Virus record (IMG/VR): IMGVR_UViG_3300030104_002171
Span: 1-31,339 of that record
From: a virus
Taxonomy: Duplodnaviria; Caudoviricetes
DNA length: 31,339 nt
Reading direction: 5' to 3' (one strand)
Part shown: piece by piece, positions 16,967 through 26,221 of the stretch
How positions within the stretch are numbered: the stretch's first letter is position 1
Layout of the letters: each line of letters opens with the position of its first letter
Notes under the pieces: generated by a model
The model's input: only the letters and a program-made list of their open reading frames with translations
Told to the model about the DNA's origin: nothing
The model's database searches: none
Position numbers and translations under genes: made by a program

Positions 16967-17401
16967 TTAAGCATCGGTTGAATCAACTGGGTTGCCTTTG
17001 ACAACAACAACACCGATAGGTGTGCCATTGCTATGAGTTCCAGTTGCATCAATTTTACATCTGATGTATCTCTTACCACCGATATAGCCGATTTGACTAA
17101 TCTGTGGCGTTTCACCATTAGCATCTAGTGTGAGAAAAATCCCACTACTATCTACTGAACCCTCAGTTACACTTGTCGAACTTGTAACTGCGGTATATGT
17201 TGAATCATCATCAGAATCTTCTAGTATGAAGTCGAATTTAACTGACGAAGAAAGTGTATCACCCTCTGCACCTGTATTTACGACTACCATAGCTGATTCA
17301 AAGCCCTGTAAGTCAACTCCTGTGCCATTAGCGTCAGCAGTGACAACAGCAGGAACTTGTGTCGCTACTGCGACTGTTCTATTTGAAATATCTCTTGCCA
17401 T
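16967..17401 (-). CDS. Capsid decoration / minor head protein
   Basis: Directly after the major capsid gene, RBS gaggt. GTGVDLQGFE...LEDSDD...IGYIGGKRYIR motif. Confidence 0.7.
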   Translation of the reverse strand: MARDISNRTVAVATQVPAVVTADANGTGVDLQGFESAMVVVNTGAEGDTLSSSVKFDFILEDSDDDSTYTAVTSSTSVTEGSVDSSGIFLTLDANGETPQISQIGYIGGKRYIRCKIDATGTHSNGTPIGVVVVKGNPVDSTDA

Positions 17402-17412
17402 TATGTACCTCT

Positions 17413-18624
17413 CTATGCACTTACGTTTTGAAGTTGAATTGCCTCTGCAAGGACAACAGTTCCACCGACCCTACGTCTCGCTACATATCTGATATTACCA
17501 GATGTTGCTTGTGAGAATGGGTCTCTTAAAATTGATAGATTAACTCTATCAACGATAGTGTATGCTCTGCTAAAATCTCCAAACGCTATTGGTTTGTTAC
17601 CTGCACCGACATTTGGCATATCAGTTGCTAACGTATATGGAAATCCTAAGATTGTTGATGGAGAACCACCAACCAAAGTCATACCCAAGTGAAATATTTT
17701 TTGTCCTGCGGTGTCCTCTAGTTGCAGAATATCTGCAAACGTGCCTCTATTGAAAACAAATCTTGCATTGTTAAGATACTCAGATTTGATTGCATAGACT
17801 AACTCGATTAAACCATTTGGCTTTAAAGTTGATGCGTGTCCAGAGTTTGTGCTACTTACACCTGCTGATGAATCGGTGAAACCAAGTGGTTTACCAACAC
17901 CATTACCAGATACAAATGCAGTACCCTCGCTTTTGCTAAACTGTTCTGAAAACTCAGTAGCCATTTCTGACTCTAAGTTGAACGCAGAATCCTCTAGCAT
18001 TGCTTGAGAGATATCTACAATAGCACTCTGTTCGTGTGCATCAATACTCATAAGACCAGTGGTATACCCAGTGGACTCAGACCTTGTAGCAGTTTCACTT
18101 ACAAAACTTGCAGAAAATTGTCCAGTTCTTTTTGGAATCTCGATGCCTCTTCTACTTGTTTGTCTTATTCTTGCGATTGACCTAATTGGTGAAATTTCAG
18201 TAACACCTTTGATTAAATCCGCAACATATTCAGATGGAGCGTAAAATCCACCCAATGTGTCGTCTGATTCATAAAGTGCTTTTTTCTCTTCTGGGTCAAC
18301 CTCGCCCTTTCTAATCCATTCCTTAAATGCTTTCATTTGAACAGATATTTCTTCTGTATTACTTGCATTAGGTCTCGCTAATCTCGTCTCTAACTGGTCG
18401 ATTTTAGCATTGGCATCTTCAAGATTTTTGGCTTGAAGTTCGTGTGCTTGTTTCACTTCTGCCATTTTTGCAATGTCCTCAGACATTTTATCTACTTTCT
18501 CTTGAAGTAATGGGTCAGCTTGTCCTTTAGATTCAATCTCATCTAATCTTTTTTTGTTCTCACTTTTAAACTCTTCAAATGTTTTGCCGAGTTCAGTTAG
18601 AACATCTTTGACTTCTTCTGACAT
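17413..18624 (-). CDS. Major capsid protein, HK97 family
   Basis: Coiled-coil delta domain (about 115 aa), then GGFYAP, ISQAMLEDS, FVSGNGVGKPLG, ILGFP, IAFGDF, RVGG. Confidence 0.97.
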   Translation of the reverse strand: MSEEVKDVLTELGKTFEEFKSENKKRLDEIESKGQADPLLQEKVDKMSEDIAKMAEVKQAHELQAKNLEDANAKIDQLETRLARPNASNTEEISVQMKAFKEWIRKGEVDPEEKKALYESDDTLGGFYAPSEYVADLIKGVTEISPIRSIARIRQTSRRGIEIPKRTGQFSASFVSETATRSESTGYTTGLMSIDAHEQSAIVDISQAMLEDSAFNLESEMATEFSEQFSKSEGTAFVSGNGVGKPLGFTDSSAGVSSTNSGHASTLKPNGLIELVYAIKSEYLNNARFVFNRGTFADILQLEDTAGQKIFHLGMTLVGGSPSTILGFPYTLATDMPNVGAGNKPIAFGDFSRAYTIVDRVNLSILRDPFSQATSGNIRYVARRRVGGTVVLAEAIQLQNVSA

Positions 18625-18633
18625 TTTAACCTC

Positions 18634-19344
18634 TTATTTTTTGATTGTGTTGATAACTTGCTTGATACTGTCTACAACATCTCGCTGAGTCTTATCCACT
18701 TCATTTCTACAGTTTGTATCAATAAAGTCTGCAAGTGGTTTTGAGATTGACTTTGAAAACATACAAACTTCTCGCAGGTACGTTTCAACTTCTCTCTCAG
18801 TTGGTAATTCCTTTAGCACGTTAAAATCAAGTATATTTTTGACTTTAGTTATTTTTGCTTTAGGATTCATTGGGAAAGTAACCATAGAGATTTCCATCAA
18901 ATCAACCTCTTTTATGGTTCTTCTTTTGTCTTTATCGTTGTATGAGTAACCCTTTGGCGTGAGTCTATAACCGATTGACATACTGTCTAATGCACCCATT
19001 TTCATAAGTTCATAGACCATCTTGCCTCGTTCTGTCCTAAGTGCTAAACGTCCTTTGACCTTTAGTCCTCTTGCATCTTCTTGGATATCGTCAATGACAC
19101 CAATAGGTTCGTCTGTCTTATGTTGATAAAGTAACTTAATCTGTTTTGGTTTTTTCTTATAGATTGATTTTGAAAATGCACCTTTCTCTATAACATCGTT
19201 GCCTAAATCTTTATTGCCGAATACAGATGCGTAACCCTCAAACGAGCCATCATCATCTGTTTCAATCTCTTTATACTCACACTCTATGTCTAGTATTGTG
19301 TTTTCTATTTCTTCATTGTTGTAGATATTTTCTTCTTTGTGCAT
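18634..19344 (-). CDS. Prohead protease, HK97 family
   Basis: FEGYASVFG..D...DVIEKGAF, LLYQH, PIG, GLKVKG, SMSIGY, LMEISMVTFPMN. Confidence 0.97.
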   Translation of the reverse strand: MHKEENIYNNEEIENTILDIECEYKEIETDDDGSFEGYASVFGNKDLGNDVIEKGAFSKSIYKKKPKQIKLLYQHKTDEPIGVIDDIQEDARGLKVKGRLALRTERGKMVYELMKMGALDSMSIGYRLTPKGYSYNDKDKRRTIKEVDLMEISMVTFPMNPKAKITKVKNILDFNVLKELPTEREVETYLREVCMFSKSISKPLADFIDTNCRNEVDKTQRDVVDSIKQVINTIKK

Positions 19345-19404
19345 CTAACAAAACTAATAATTACCAAATTACTACATTGTAAACATAATTTTATAAAATA
19401 TACA

Positions 19405-19437
19405 AATAAAAAGAGAGCCATGAACTATGACTCTCTC
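19405..19437 (-). terminator. Intrinsic terminator of the inserted 84-aa gene
   Basis: Minus strand reads agagagtcat-agttc-atggctctct-ttttattt. Confidence 0.8.
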
Positions 19438-19460
19438 TTTTTAGTTGTTTCTTTTTCTTT

Positions 19461-19715
19461 TTAGTTATTTTGTGCTTCGTGACGTTGCACATTCATTTCA
19501 TGGTGATAGTCGTCCATGTCCATTCTAGATTTAAAAGCTTCTTTGTGTAACATTGAATATGGACATCTATACTGTCTACCTTCCATTTCAATAACTGCTT
19601 TCTTATCATTAAGTTTGATGATTTTAGCTGGTCTTTGTTTAGTTTTTTGAACTACCCAAACGTCTTGCCCTAATTCAAACTCTCCATATGTTGTTTGTAT
19701 TTTTACTCTTGTCAT
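19461..19715 (-). CDS. Moron-like small SH3/KOW-type beta protein
   Basis: FELGQDVWV...PAKIIKLNDKKAVI...QYRCPYSML. Has its own promoter, leader and terminator. Confidence 0.75.
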   Translation of the reverse strand: MTRVKIQTTYGEFELGQDVWVVQKTKQRPAKIIKLNDKKAVIEMEGRQYRCPYSMLHKEAFKSRMDMDDYHHEMNVQRHEAQNN

Positions 19716-19741
19716 AATTTAACTCCAATATTTAGTTTATG

Positions 19742-19822
19742 TCCCATTATGGTACAAAATGGGGTAATAGTCAAGCATTTATATACAAATATTTGACAAA
19801 ATGGGTCAAAAAGTGATAAAAA
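19742..19822. promoter_or_regulatory. Divergent sigma70 promoter pair with three operator-like sites
   Basis: Minus strand: TTGACT(19774-19769)-17-CATAAT(19751-19746). Plus strand: TTGACA(19793-19798)-18-TAAAAA with upstream TG. Sites at 19742, 19752 and 19794. Confidence 0.7.
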
Positions 19823-20043
19823 TACCGATTATGAAACCATTTGCAGAAGTTTTTGACGAAATGAAAAGTATCTTGGATAAAGAGCAGATTACTGTACAAG
19901 ATTACAAAGATTTTATGAATATCCCAATTTCCGATAAATATTCTCAAGATGAGCAAGAACAGTTATCTTGGTTGATAGAAGGTATGCAAATAAGGTCTGC
20001 TGAAATCAAGTCTGAAGATAGAAGTTTTCTACAAGGTCTTTAA
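19801..20043 (+). CDS. Small acidic helical protein (likely start 19831); candidate MuF immunity protein
   Basis: Only credible plus-strand gene in the late region. Its stop overlaps the MuF stop (TTAA at 20040-20043) and a promoter lies upstream. Confidence 0.65.
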   Translation: MGQKVIKIPIMKPFAEVFDEMKSILDKEQITVQDYKDFMNIPISDKYSQDEQEQLSWLIEGMQIRSAEIKSEDRSFLQGL

Positions 20044-21752
20044 ACTCTGGTCAAAACCTCTTTTTCGTAAAACTCTATCCAATCTTCACTACAATATTTT
20101 CTAAGTCCTTTCTGGTGATAAAGAGTAAAGTTTTCTGCGAACCACTCTTTTGAATTAGTAGTTGAATATTGTGTAGGGAATAATTTTGTTGTGTTGGTTT
20201 CTCTTAATAATTTAGCATCTTTTCTGGATGCTTTACGAAAATAATTAGCTAATAATGACTCAATGTTATCTGCTGAATCAGCATTAAGTGACAACTGCTG
20301 ATGAACATGATGACCCATTTCATGATAGACTGTATTTCTGTTTTCTTGAAATAATATATCTTTTCTTAAATCATCAGTTATTTGTGTTTTACTAGTTATT
20401 TTTTTATCTTTTAGATAATATGTACTCGCACTAAACATTTGTGTATCATTAAATGAGTCTTTGATATCGACTTTTCTGGTTATTGGTCGTCTTGTACCTA
20501 CGATTACTGATTCAAGTTTTGTACTTCCTAAAGTGAATTCTGATTTCTTATCTAATGCTTTACTAATTTTTACTTTTTTATTTGTTGTAAAATATTTTTT
20601 ATTGAGATATAAAATACCATCACCCATCATACCTTTTGCATTTACTCTACCAACTCCCATTGTTCCTTGTAATCTTGGTATGTTATGCATGTCAGCTAAT
20701 TCATTCGCCTCTTGTAAAAGAATGTCTATTCTGGTTAAATCTTCATCATCCCAATCATCATAATATGTCTTACCTCTATTCTTTTCGCCACGATATCTAC
20801 TTGGTTTATAATCATTAAGATTACCAGATGTTGCAGAATTTTTTATATCTTCTCTTAATTGTTTTCGTGTTTTATTTACCACAACAGCAGAACCGCTTAT
20901 TGGATTTGCAAGTGATGTAGCATTGACTTCTGTACTAGGTGGCGTTTCTTCTACTATTGGCGTTGTTGTTCTGGTCGGTCTATCAACCACATCATCAGCG
21001 TCATGGTAGATAACAAAGCACCTACAGTTGATAACATTTGTAGCACCACCATTTGGGTCTCCTGCATACATCATTTCACGGTCTACAAATGCACCACCAG
21101 ATACAGGAGTAGGGACTGTGAACTTATCTTTTATATCAACCTGCGTACCATTCATGCTGACATGCCACGTTCTAGTTCTCTCATCCATTGCAGATACCCA
21201 TTCTTTGACCGGTCTGTTAAGACCTAAACGACCTGCTAGTTTTTGATTGCCAAAATTCATTGCAGTATGGGTTTCAGTTCTTGCTATTCTGGTTGCTCTT
21301 ACTGCTGAAAAAGCAGTACTGTTTCTAATATTTTTAGATATTTGTTGATTAGATAGACCTGTTTTGAGACCTGTATTAATTTCTTTTTGTATTTGTTTGC
21401 GTGTTGTCTCAGATATTGCAACAACATTTTGTGCAGTTTGACTAGTTGTGTATTCTAAAAATACTGGGTCAATATCTTCTTTGCCTTTGGTCATTCTTGT
21501 TCTGGTAAGCATAAGGTCAGCATTGGTTATAACTCTTCTTGCAGATTGAGTTAGAATCTTGTAAATCTCGCTTGAGAAGTCGTTATATAAGTCAGAGTTG
21601 ACGTTTCCTGTGTTTAGGTACAGTCGTTCTGCTCTTTTACCAAACTTCTTAAACATGGCTCTTATTTTTGCTCTGACTACATTACTCATAGACAAGAACA
21701 TCTTTAACTGTTCTCTGTATTGTTTTCTTATGTCAATCTTGACTCTAGCCAT
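20040..21752 (-). CDS. MuF / SPP1 gp7-like minor head protein with C-terminal zincin metallopeptidase
   Basis: RATRIARTET, KEW.SAMDERTR..H and INCRC (MuF); P/T linker; then HEMGH (20310-20324) and Y...NSKEWFAE (E at 20133-20147). Confidence 0.88.
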   Translation of the reverse strand: MARVKIDIRKQYREQLKMFLSMSNVVRAKIRAMFKKFGKRAERLYLNTGNVNSDLYNDFSSEIYKILTQSARRVITNADLMLTRTRMTKGKEDIDPVFLEYTTSQTAQNVVAISETTRKQIQKEINTGLKTGLSNQQISKNIRNSTAFSAVRATRIARTETHTAMNFGNQKLAGRLGLNRPVKEWVSAMDERTRTWHVSMNGTQVDIKDKFTVPTPVSGGAFVDREMMYAGDPNGGATNVINCRCFVIYHDADDVVDRPTRTTTPIVEETPPSTEVNATSLANPISGSAVVVNKTRKQLREDIKNSATSGNLNDYKPSRYRGEKNRGKTYYDDWDDEDLTRIDILLQEANELADMHNIPRLQGTMGVGRVNAKGMMGDGILYLNKKYFTTNKKVKISKALDKKSEFTLGSTKLESVIVGTRRPITRKVDIKDSFNDTQMFSASTYYLKDKKITSKTQITDDLRKDILFQENRNTVYHEMGHHVHQQLSLNADSADNIESLLANYFRKASRKDAKLLRETNTTKLFPTQYSTTNSKEWFAENFTLYHQKGLRKYCSEDWIEFYEKEVLTRV

Positions 21753-22020
21753 TATCTACATAGCACATTACTTCATTTAACAATTCTTGTTCTGTGCCAA
21801 AATGCTTGATGAAATACTTAGGATTCAAATGAATTGAGTAATTGGATGAACGATGATGATATGGGCATAAAGGTATAGTCTCATAATGACTTGAACGTCT
21901 ACCGAGAGTCTTATTTCTAATATGATGTATCTCAGCAGGTGTGTGATAACCCATATTTCTACAAACTATGCAACCTATGTCTATCACCTTACTAAGATGT
22001 TTTTTCTCATCTTTGGTCAT
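21745..22020 (-). CDS. Ref/DUF968-like HNH-fold zinc nuclease
   Basis: GCIVC...AEIHHIR...TIPLCPYHHR...IH...F...FGTE.ELL. Confidence 0.8.
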   Translation of the reverse strand: MTKDEKKHLSKVIDIGCIVCRNMGYHTPAEIHHIRNKTLGRRSSHYETIPLCPYHHRSSNYSIHLNPKYFIKHFGTEQELLNEVMCYVDNG

Positions 22021-22291
22021 TCATGTCTATGTCATATTGATTAATAATACAATTTTTAAGTATAACAGATATTCCACCAAGTCCAGAGTCTTGAGTTATT
22101 GCATTGGCTATTTTTATAACATCTTCATCTTCTGCAACTAACCAACCAATAGTTCTGCATATAGCATACTTGCTTTCCTCGATATCATCGACCCACCTAG
22201 AGTCTGCTGTATGGTCTAACCAGTCGACCATTGTAAGTGGATATGATTTATGCACTTTCTCTAACATCTTTGTCGTGACTTTGACTGTCAT
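22007..22291 (-). CDS. Hypothetical protein, 94 aa
   Basis: ATGA-coupled to the portal. V.W.D....S.W...C.TIGWL motif is common in phage proteins. Confidence 0.75.
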   Translation of the reverse strand: MTVKVTTKMLEKVHKSYPLTMVDWLDHTADSRWVDDIEESKYAICRTIGWLVAEDEDVIKIANAITQDSGLGGISVILKNCIINQYDIDMNDQR

Positions 22292-24507
22292 TTCTTAGAT
22301 GACAATGGATGACCTGATGGAAGTAAATCTAAATCAAATTTACCACCTCTAAACCTACCTGTTCTAACTGCATAGAGAAAAGCATTGACTCTCGCATACG
22401 CCCACCTGTCTTCTCCACCAGATGCTCTAACACTTGGTCTTACTGATTGCGGATTCGTTCTGTATGCGCCAACGCCTCTGCGAAATACTGCACCCAACAT
22501 TCTCACATTAACTCTTTTACCTTTTTGGCTACCATATTTCTCATTATGTTTATCTACCTTGCCCTGTAAACCTTGTTTGACCTTTGCGGTTAATGGTGCT
22601 TTTTCTTCGTAATCTTTAACTTCTTTAGTATCTAAACACGCCTCTGGAATATACTCAAAATCATCAAATGACTTTTCTCTCTCTCGCATAATCTGTTCTC
22701 GTTTAGATTTAGCAAATGAAAATCCTGCATCACCACCCCATAACGCCCAAGCGATACGACCTGCTGATGGATAACCATCTTCTCCTCTATCAAATCCCTC
22801 TGCTTGTTTATCTACTTCATGTCTTGAGAAAAAAGAATACATCCTAAGTATTGTATTTGGTGATAGTCTACTCTTATTTGCTATATCTCTTGCTCTTGCA
22901 ACGCCAACAGAAGTGCCACCTCGACCAAATTCTGCTCTCCACTCCAAACCTCTTTTTGCCTCTTCGACCATAGCGTCTGTGGGTGTTAAATTCAAATCTG
23001 AAATTGCCTTGTCATCTTTTATTAGATTTACATATTCATCGTGACTTTCACATGGCATGTAAACAGTTTGACCATTTTCCTCATGTGTGTGTGTACCAAC
23101 ACATCCTATCTCATCTGCTCTATCGAGTGCCTCTTCTTCTGTAGTGTAAGTGTCCATAGCTACTTGTGCCTTAATCAGTGGTACACCACCAGTCCCATAT
23201 ACTTCTTCATACATCTTTTGAGTGTTGTTTGGTGTAATTGGCTCATCACTATCTTCATCTGACTGCTCTACTTCTCCTATTGGAAACAAATTACTTGGTA
23301 TGTATAAATCATCTCCACCCTCTACGTCTTGTAAACCTAGTCGTTCTCTTGCCTCGTTTCTTGTGATGATTCCTGCATTAACTCCTGCTACCACATTTTC
23401 ATATACTCTTTTTCTTTTTTCTGCCATTGCAGGTATCGAGTCTAAATCGTATCTTACACTTATGTTTCCATCATAAAGTGGTGCTAAGTATTCATTTAAG
23501 TCAGACTCAACTCGTTTGAGAAGTGGTATGATTGTTTCTTCGTATAGACCAAGTTTTGCAGACTCCATGTTGCTATAAGTTTGGCTATCTGGTATTCCAA
23601 CTAACTGACTAGGTACTCCAAACGCTAATGCTATTTCCCTTGCTGATAGATTCAACAAATCTAGGAAGTCCATGTCTTTTGGATTGAGTCCTAGTTGTGT
23701 GTAATCAAAGTTACCCTCAAGTAGCATTGGTCTACCTGTGTTGTTAGTACCTTGAAATCTAAACTCTAAATCCTCAAGCAGTCTTGCTCGTTGCTCGTCA
23801 GTCAAACTTGTAGACATGCCTGTTTCGTCTGTTGGCTCAAATTTAAGCATACCAGATGGTGTGCAACCATTTTTAAGCAATGCTACGTTGTGCATACCTG
23901 CAAGATTATGTTGGTCTATGTTATAGGCACTTGCCATTATTGGTGACAGACCATAGAAGTCATCAAGTGGATTCCATAGTTTTATGTGTTTGATTTGACC
24001 GCCACCTGTTGATGGGTCGACTGGGTAAGATGCTTGAACTGTGCCATTAATTACATAATCGTATGATTCTGGAATCATATTTGTTCCTGCATTGATTCTC
24101 ATTCGGTCTGGTCTTAACAAGTAAAGTTCTCTAGGTTTAATAGCACCCTCTGTGTCTCTAAGTAGATAAGAGTTACCACTAATTAATAAATAAGAATACA
24201 TGGATACAAAATACTCAACTCCAGATTGTGTTGGGTTGGGTCTTGCTAACAATGATAGTAGTTCATGGTTGTCTAGTTTTATGTCGTCATCATAGACGCA
24301 TAAATCAACTGCTGATGCACTGTTTGCTATTAGCTGAATACACCTATGCACAATGGCATTATCTTGATAGCCATCTTTTGCATAGTCTTTGTAACGTCTA
24401 CTTGAATTGGTTGAGTAGGCACTAAGTTTGTTAATCATCACTTTTGGTGATTCTTTTTTTTGAATGGTCGAATTGTCTGTCTTAAAAAACTTATCAAATA
24501 TACCCAT
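22288..24507 (-). CDS. Portal protein, HK97 family, with about 330-aa C-terminal extension
   Basis: VHRCI..IA, LLARPNP.QS, LLISGNSY, LLRPDRM, YGLSP, IALAFGVP, TYSNME, ITRNEARERLGL; the core ends near 23280. Confidence 0.95.
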   Translation of the reverse strand: MGIFDKFFKTDNSTIQKKESPKVMINKLSAYSTNSSRRYKDYAKDGYQDNAIVHRCIQLIANSASAVDLCVYDDDIKLDNHELLSLLARPNPTQSGVEYFVSMYSYLLISGNSYLLRDTEGAIKPRELYLLRPDRMRINAGTNMIPESYDYVINGTVQASYPVDPSTGGGQIKHIKLWNPLDDFYGLSPIMASAYNIDQHNLAGMHNVALLKNGCTPSGMLKFEPTDETGMSTSLTDEQRARLLEDLEFRFQGTNNTGRPMLLEGNFDYTQLGLNPKDMDFLDLLNLSAREIALAFGVPSQLVGIPDSQTYSNMESAKLGLYEETIIPLLKRVESDLNEYLAPLYDGNISVRYDLDSIPAMAEKRKRVYENVVAGVNAGIITRNEARERLGLQDVEGGDDLYIPSNLFPIGEVEQSDEDSDEPITPNNTQKMYEEVYGTGGVPLIKAQVAMDTYTTEEEALDRADEIGCVGTHTHEENGQTVYMPCESHDEYVNLIKDDKAISDLNLTPTDAMVEEAKRGLEWRAEFGRGGTSVGVARARDIANKSRLSPNTILRMYSFFSRHEVDKQAEGFDRGEDGYPSAGRIAWALWGGDAGFSFAKSKREQIMREREKSFDDFEYIPEACLDTKEVKDYEEKAPLTAKVKQGLQGKVDKHNEKYGSQKGKRVNVRMLGAVFRRGVGAYRTNPQSVRPSVRASGGEDRWAYARVNAFLYAVRTGRFRGGKFDLDLLPSGHPLSSKK

Positions 24508-24508
24508 A

Positions 24509-25786
24509 CTAACTAATCCTAAATACTGCTTTCCCAGAATTATTTTGCAATGAAGTTATTGCCCAAACTAAAGCATCAACTCTGTCATCATGTATCTTAG
24601 CATTATTACCTGTGAATTGGCACATCTGTTCTTCTAACTCTTTTAAGTCGTTACCACAATGCTTGACTCTTGATTGTTCGTAGAGTGAAACTATTGGCTC
24701 ACATCTTACTGCTTTACCTCTTGTGGCTCTTACGCTTTGATAAGGAACTAAAGCATCTTGAGTCCTTAAAAGTTTTTCTATTAAGTCTCCACCATTATTA
24801 ATCTCACTTATTATTCTATCTGCATCATAAGTTTTATACAACTCTATTGCTTTTTTTATCCATACATCAGGAGACGCTATGCAACTTGCATCTTTAAGAA
24901 CGTAGAAATTATTTAACTTATCACGCCCTGCAACAACGATACCGGTCTCATCACTGTTTTGATTTGATGTGACTGCAGGGTCAATAGCTACAACTATCCT
25001 TTCCAAGTCTGGTATGCTTGTGACTCTGTTATTATCAATCATGTTGTAGTTGAATAAAGCACCATCTACATCTTCTAAAATCTCACCATACAATTCTTGT
25101 CGACCAAGCGTTGAACCCTCGTATGTATCCTTATACATTTGGATAGATGATTGTGCTAAGTTGCTCATGTTCTCAAAAGTAGAGCCACGAATAACCTGCA
25201 CATCTTCTCGCTTGACCAGACTCTTAATGAGTGTGGTGGGTCTTGGTGTTGTTGTAATGATGCACTTGGGATTTTGTCCAAGTCTTAACGCCATAATCAG
25301 ATTATCAAATGCCTCTGAGTAGTTCCATGATGCTAACTCATCACACCACGCCCTACTTATGTTTATTCCTCTTAACCTGTCATAAGACTCAGCAGGTATG
25401 CCAATGATAGTCGACCCATTATAGAACTCGATAGTAGCATCAGTCTTGTTGTATCCTTTGCCACCATATAACTCTGGTGGGATTAGTTTAATCAATCCAC
25501 TTTCACCAGAGAACACGACACGTTTTAAATCAGAGTATGTGGGTGCTACTACTGACGTGGTCACACCATCATTGAGTAAACAATATTGGATAAGGTCATA
25601 AGCACCAGAGATAGTCTTACCAAATCCACGTCCCGCTAACATCATGTGAATGTTATATTTGGGGTCGTCAGATATTATCTGTTTAGGTCTTGCTTTGCTT
25701 ATCCAATTCGCTATCAGATTTGTTGCTATCTTCTGCTGATAACTTAAACCCTCGAATGTCATGGACAAGTTTTCTGAATTTATCAT
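24509..25786 (-). CDS. terL: Terminase large subunit (start may be 25762)
   Basis: Walker A AGRGFGKT, Walker B AWCDE, TTTP motif III, RQELYGE, nuclease AIDPA...DETG...HDDRVDA. Confidence 0.96.
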   Translation of the reverse strand: MINSENLSMTFEGLSYQQKIATNLIANWISKARPKQIISDDPKYNIHMMLAGRGFGKTISGAYDLIQYCLLNDGVTTSVVAPTYSDLKRVVFSGESGLIKLIPPELYGGKGYNKTDATIEFYNGSTIIGIPAESYDRLRGINISRAWCDELASWNYSEAFDNLIMALRLGQNPKCIITTTPRPTTLIKSLVKREDVQVIRGSTFENMSNLAQSSIQMYKDTYEGSTLGRQELYGEILEDVDGALFNYNMIDNNRVTSIPDLERIVVAIDPAVTSNQNSDETGIVVAGRDKLNNFYVLKDASCIASPDVWIKKAIELYKTYDADRIISEINNGGDLIEKLLRTQDALVPYQSVRATRGKAVRCEPIVSLYEQSRVKHCGNDLKELEEQMCQFTGNNAKIHDDRVDALVWAITSLQNNSGKAVFRIS

Positions 25787-26090
25787 TTTGCTCTGTTGTG
25801 TTTGTGACTTCTAGCACATCTGTCTCTTTCCACTTCGCTTGTGTCTTGAGCCAAAAAATCATTGCAGTTAAAGAGTTTTTGTCATTGCCACATGCAACTT
25901 TGAAAAGATTACCTGCAACCATCTCGGTTGCCTCTGCCTTACCAAGCTTTAACTCTTCACTGTAATACTTGTACAGCGTGGGTTTCGATATTCCAACAAT
26001 GTCACATATCTGTTCATGTGTAATGCCGATACCAGAGAGTCGATGAACCATCCTTGAGTGTTCCTCTGATTTATTTACTATTTTAGGCAT
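25683..26090 (-). CDS. terS: Terminase small subunit
   Basis: N-terminal HTH (GITHEQICDIVGISKPTLYKYY), AMIFWLKTQAKW motif, directly upstream of TerL. Confidence 0.85.
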   Translation of the reverse strand: MPKIVNKSEEHSRMVHRLSGIGITHEQICDIVGISKPTLYKYYSEELKLGKAEATEMVAGNLFKVACGNDKNSLTAMIFWLKTQAKWKETDVLEVTNTTEQNDKFRKLVHDIRGFKLSAEDSNKSDSELDKQSKT

Positions 26091-26125
26091 ATATATCTTT
26101 TTATATAGTAAAAATAAATCTGTGT

Positions 26126-26194
26126 CTAGTAAAGAATCATCAAGTGAATCAATACCACAGTCAAAACTATATTTACTAAATCAAATGTAGTCAT
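26126..26194 (-). CDS. 22-aa hydrophobic peptide (MTTFDLVNIVLTVVLIHLMILY)
   Basis: Read by hand; preceded by the taaactaa-agga leader and a consensus promoter. Confidence 0.55.
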   Translation of the reverse strand: MTTFDLVNIVLTVVLIHLMILY

Positions 26195-26221
26195 ATCTTT
26201 AAGTCCTTTAGTTTATAATAT

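Noticed and set aside
4630-18624. Gene transfer agent, given the GTA-like head and tail proteins
   Set aside because: The contig is circular, carries its own replication and recombination genes, and has no host flanks.
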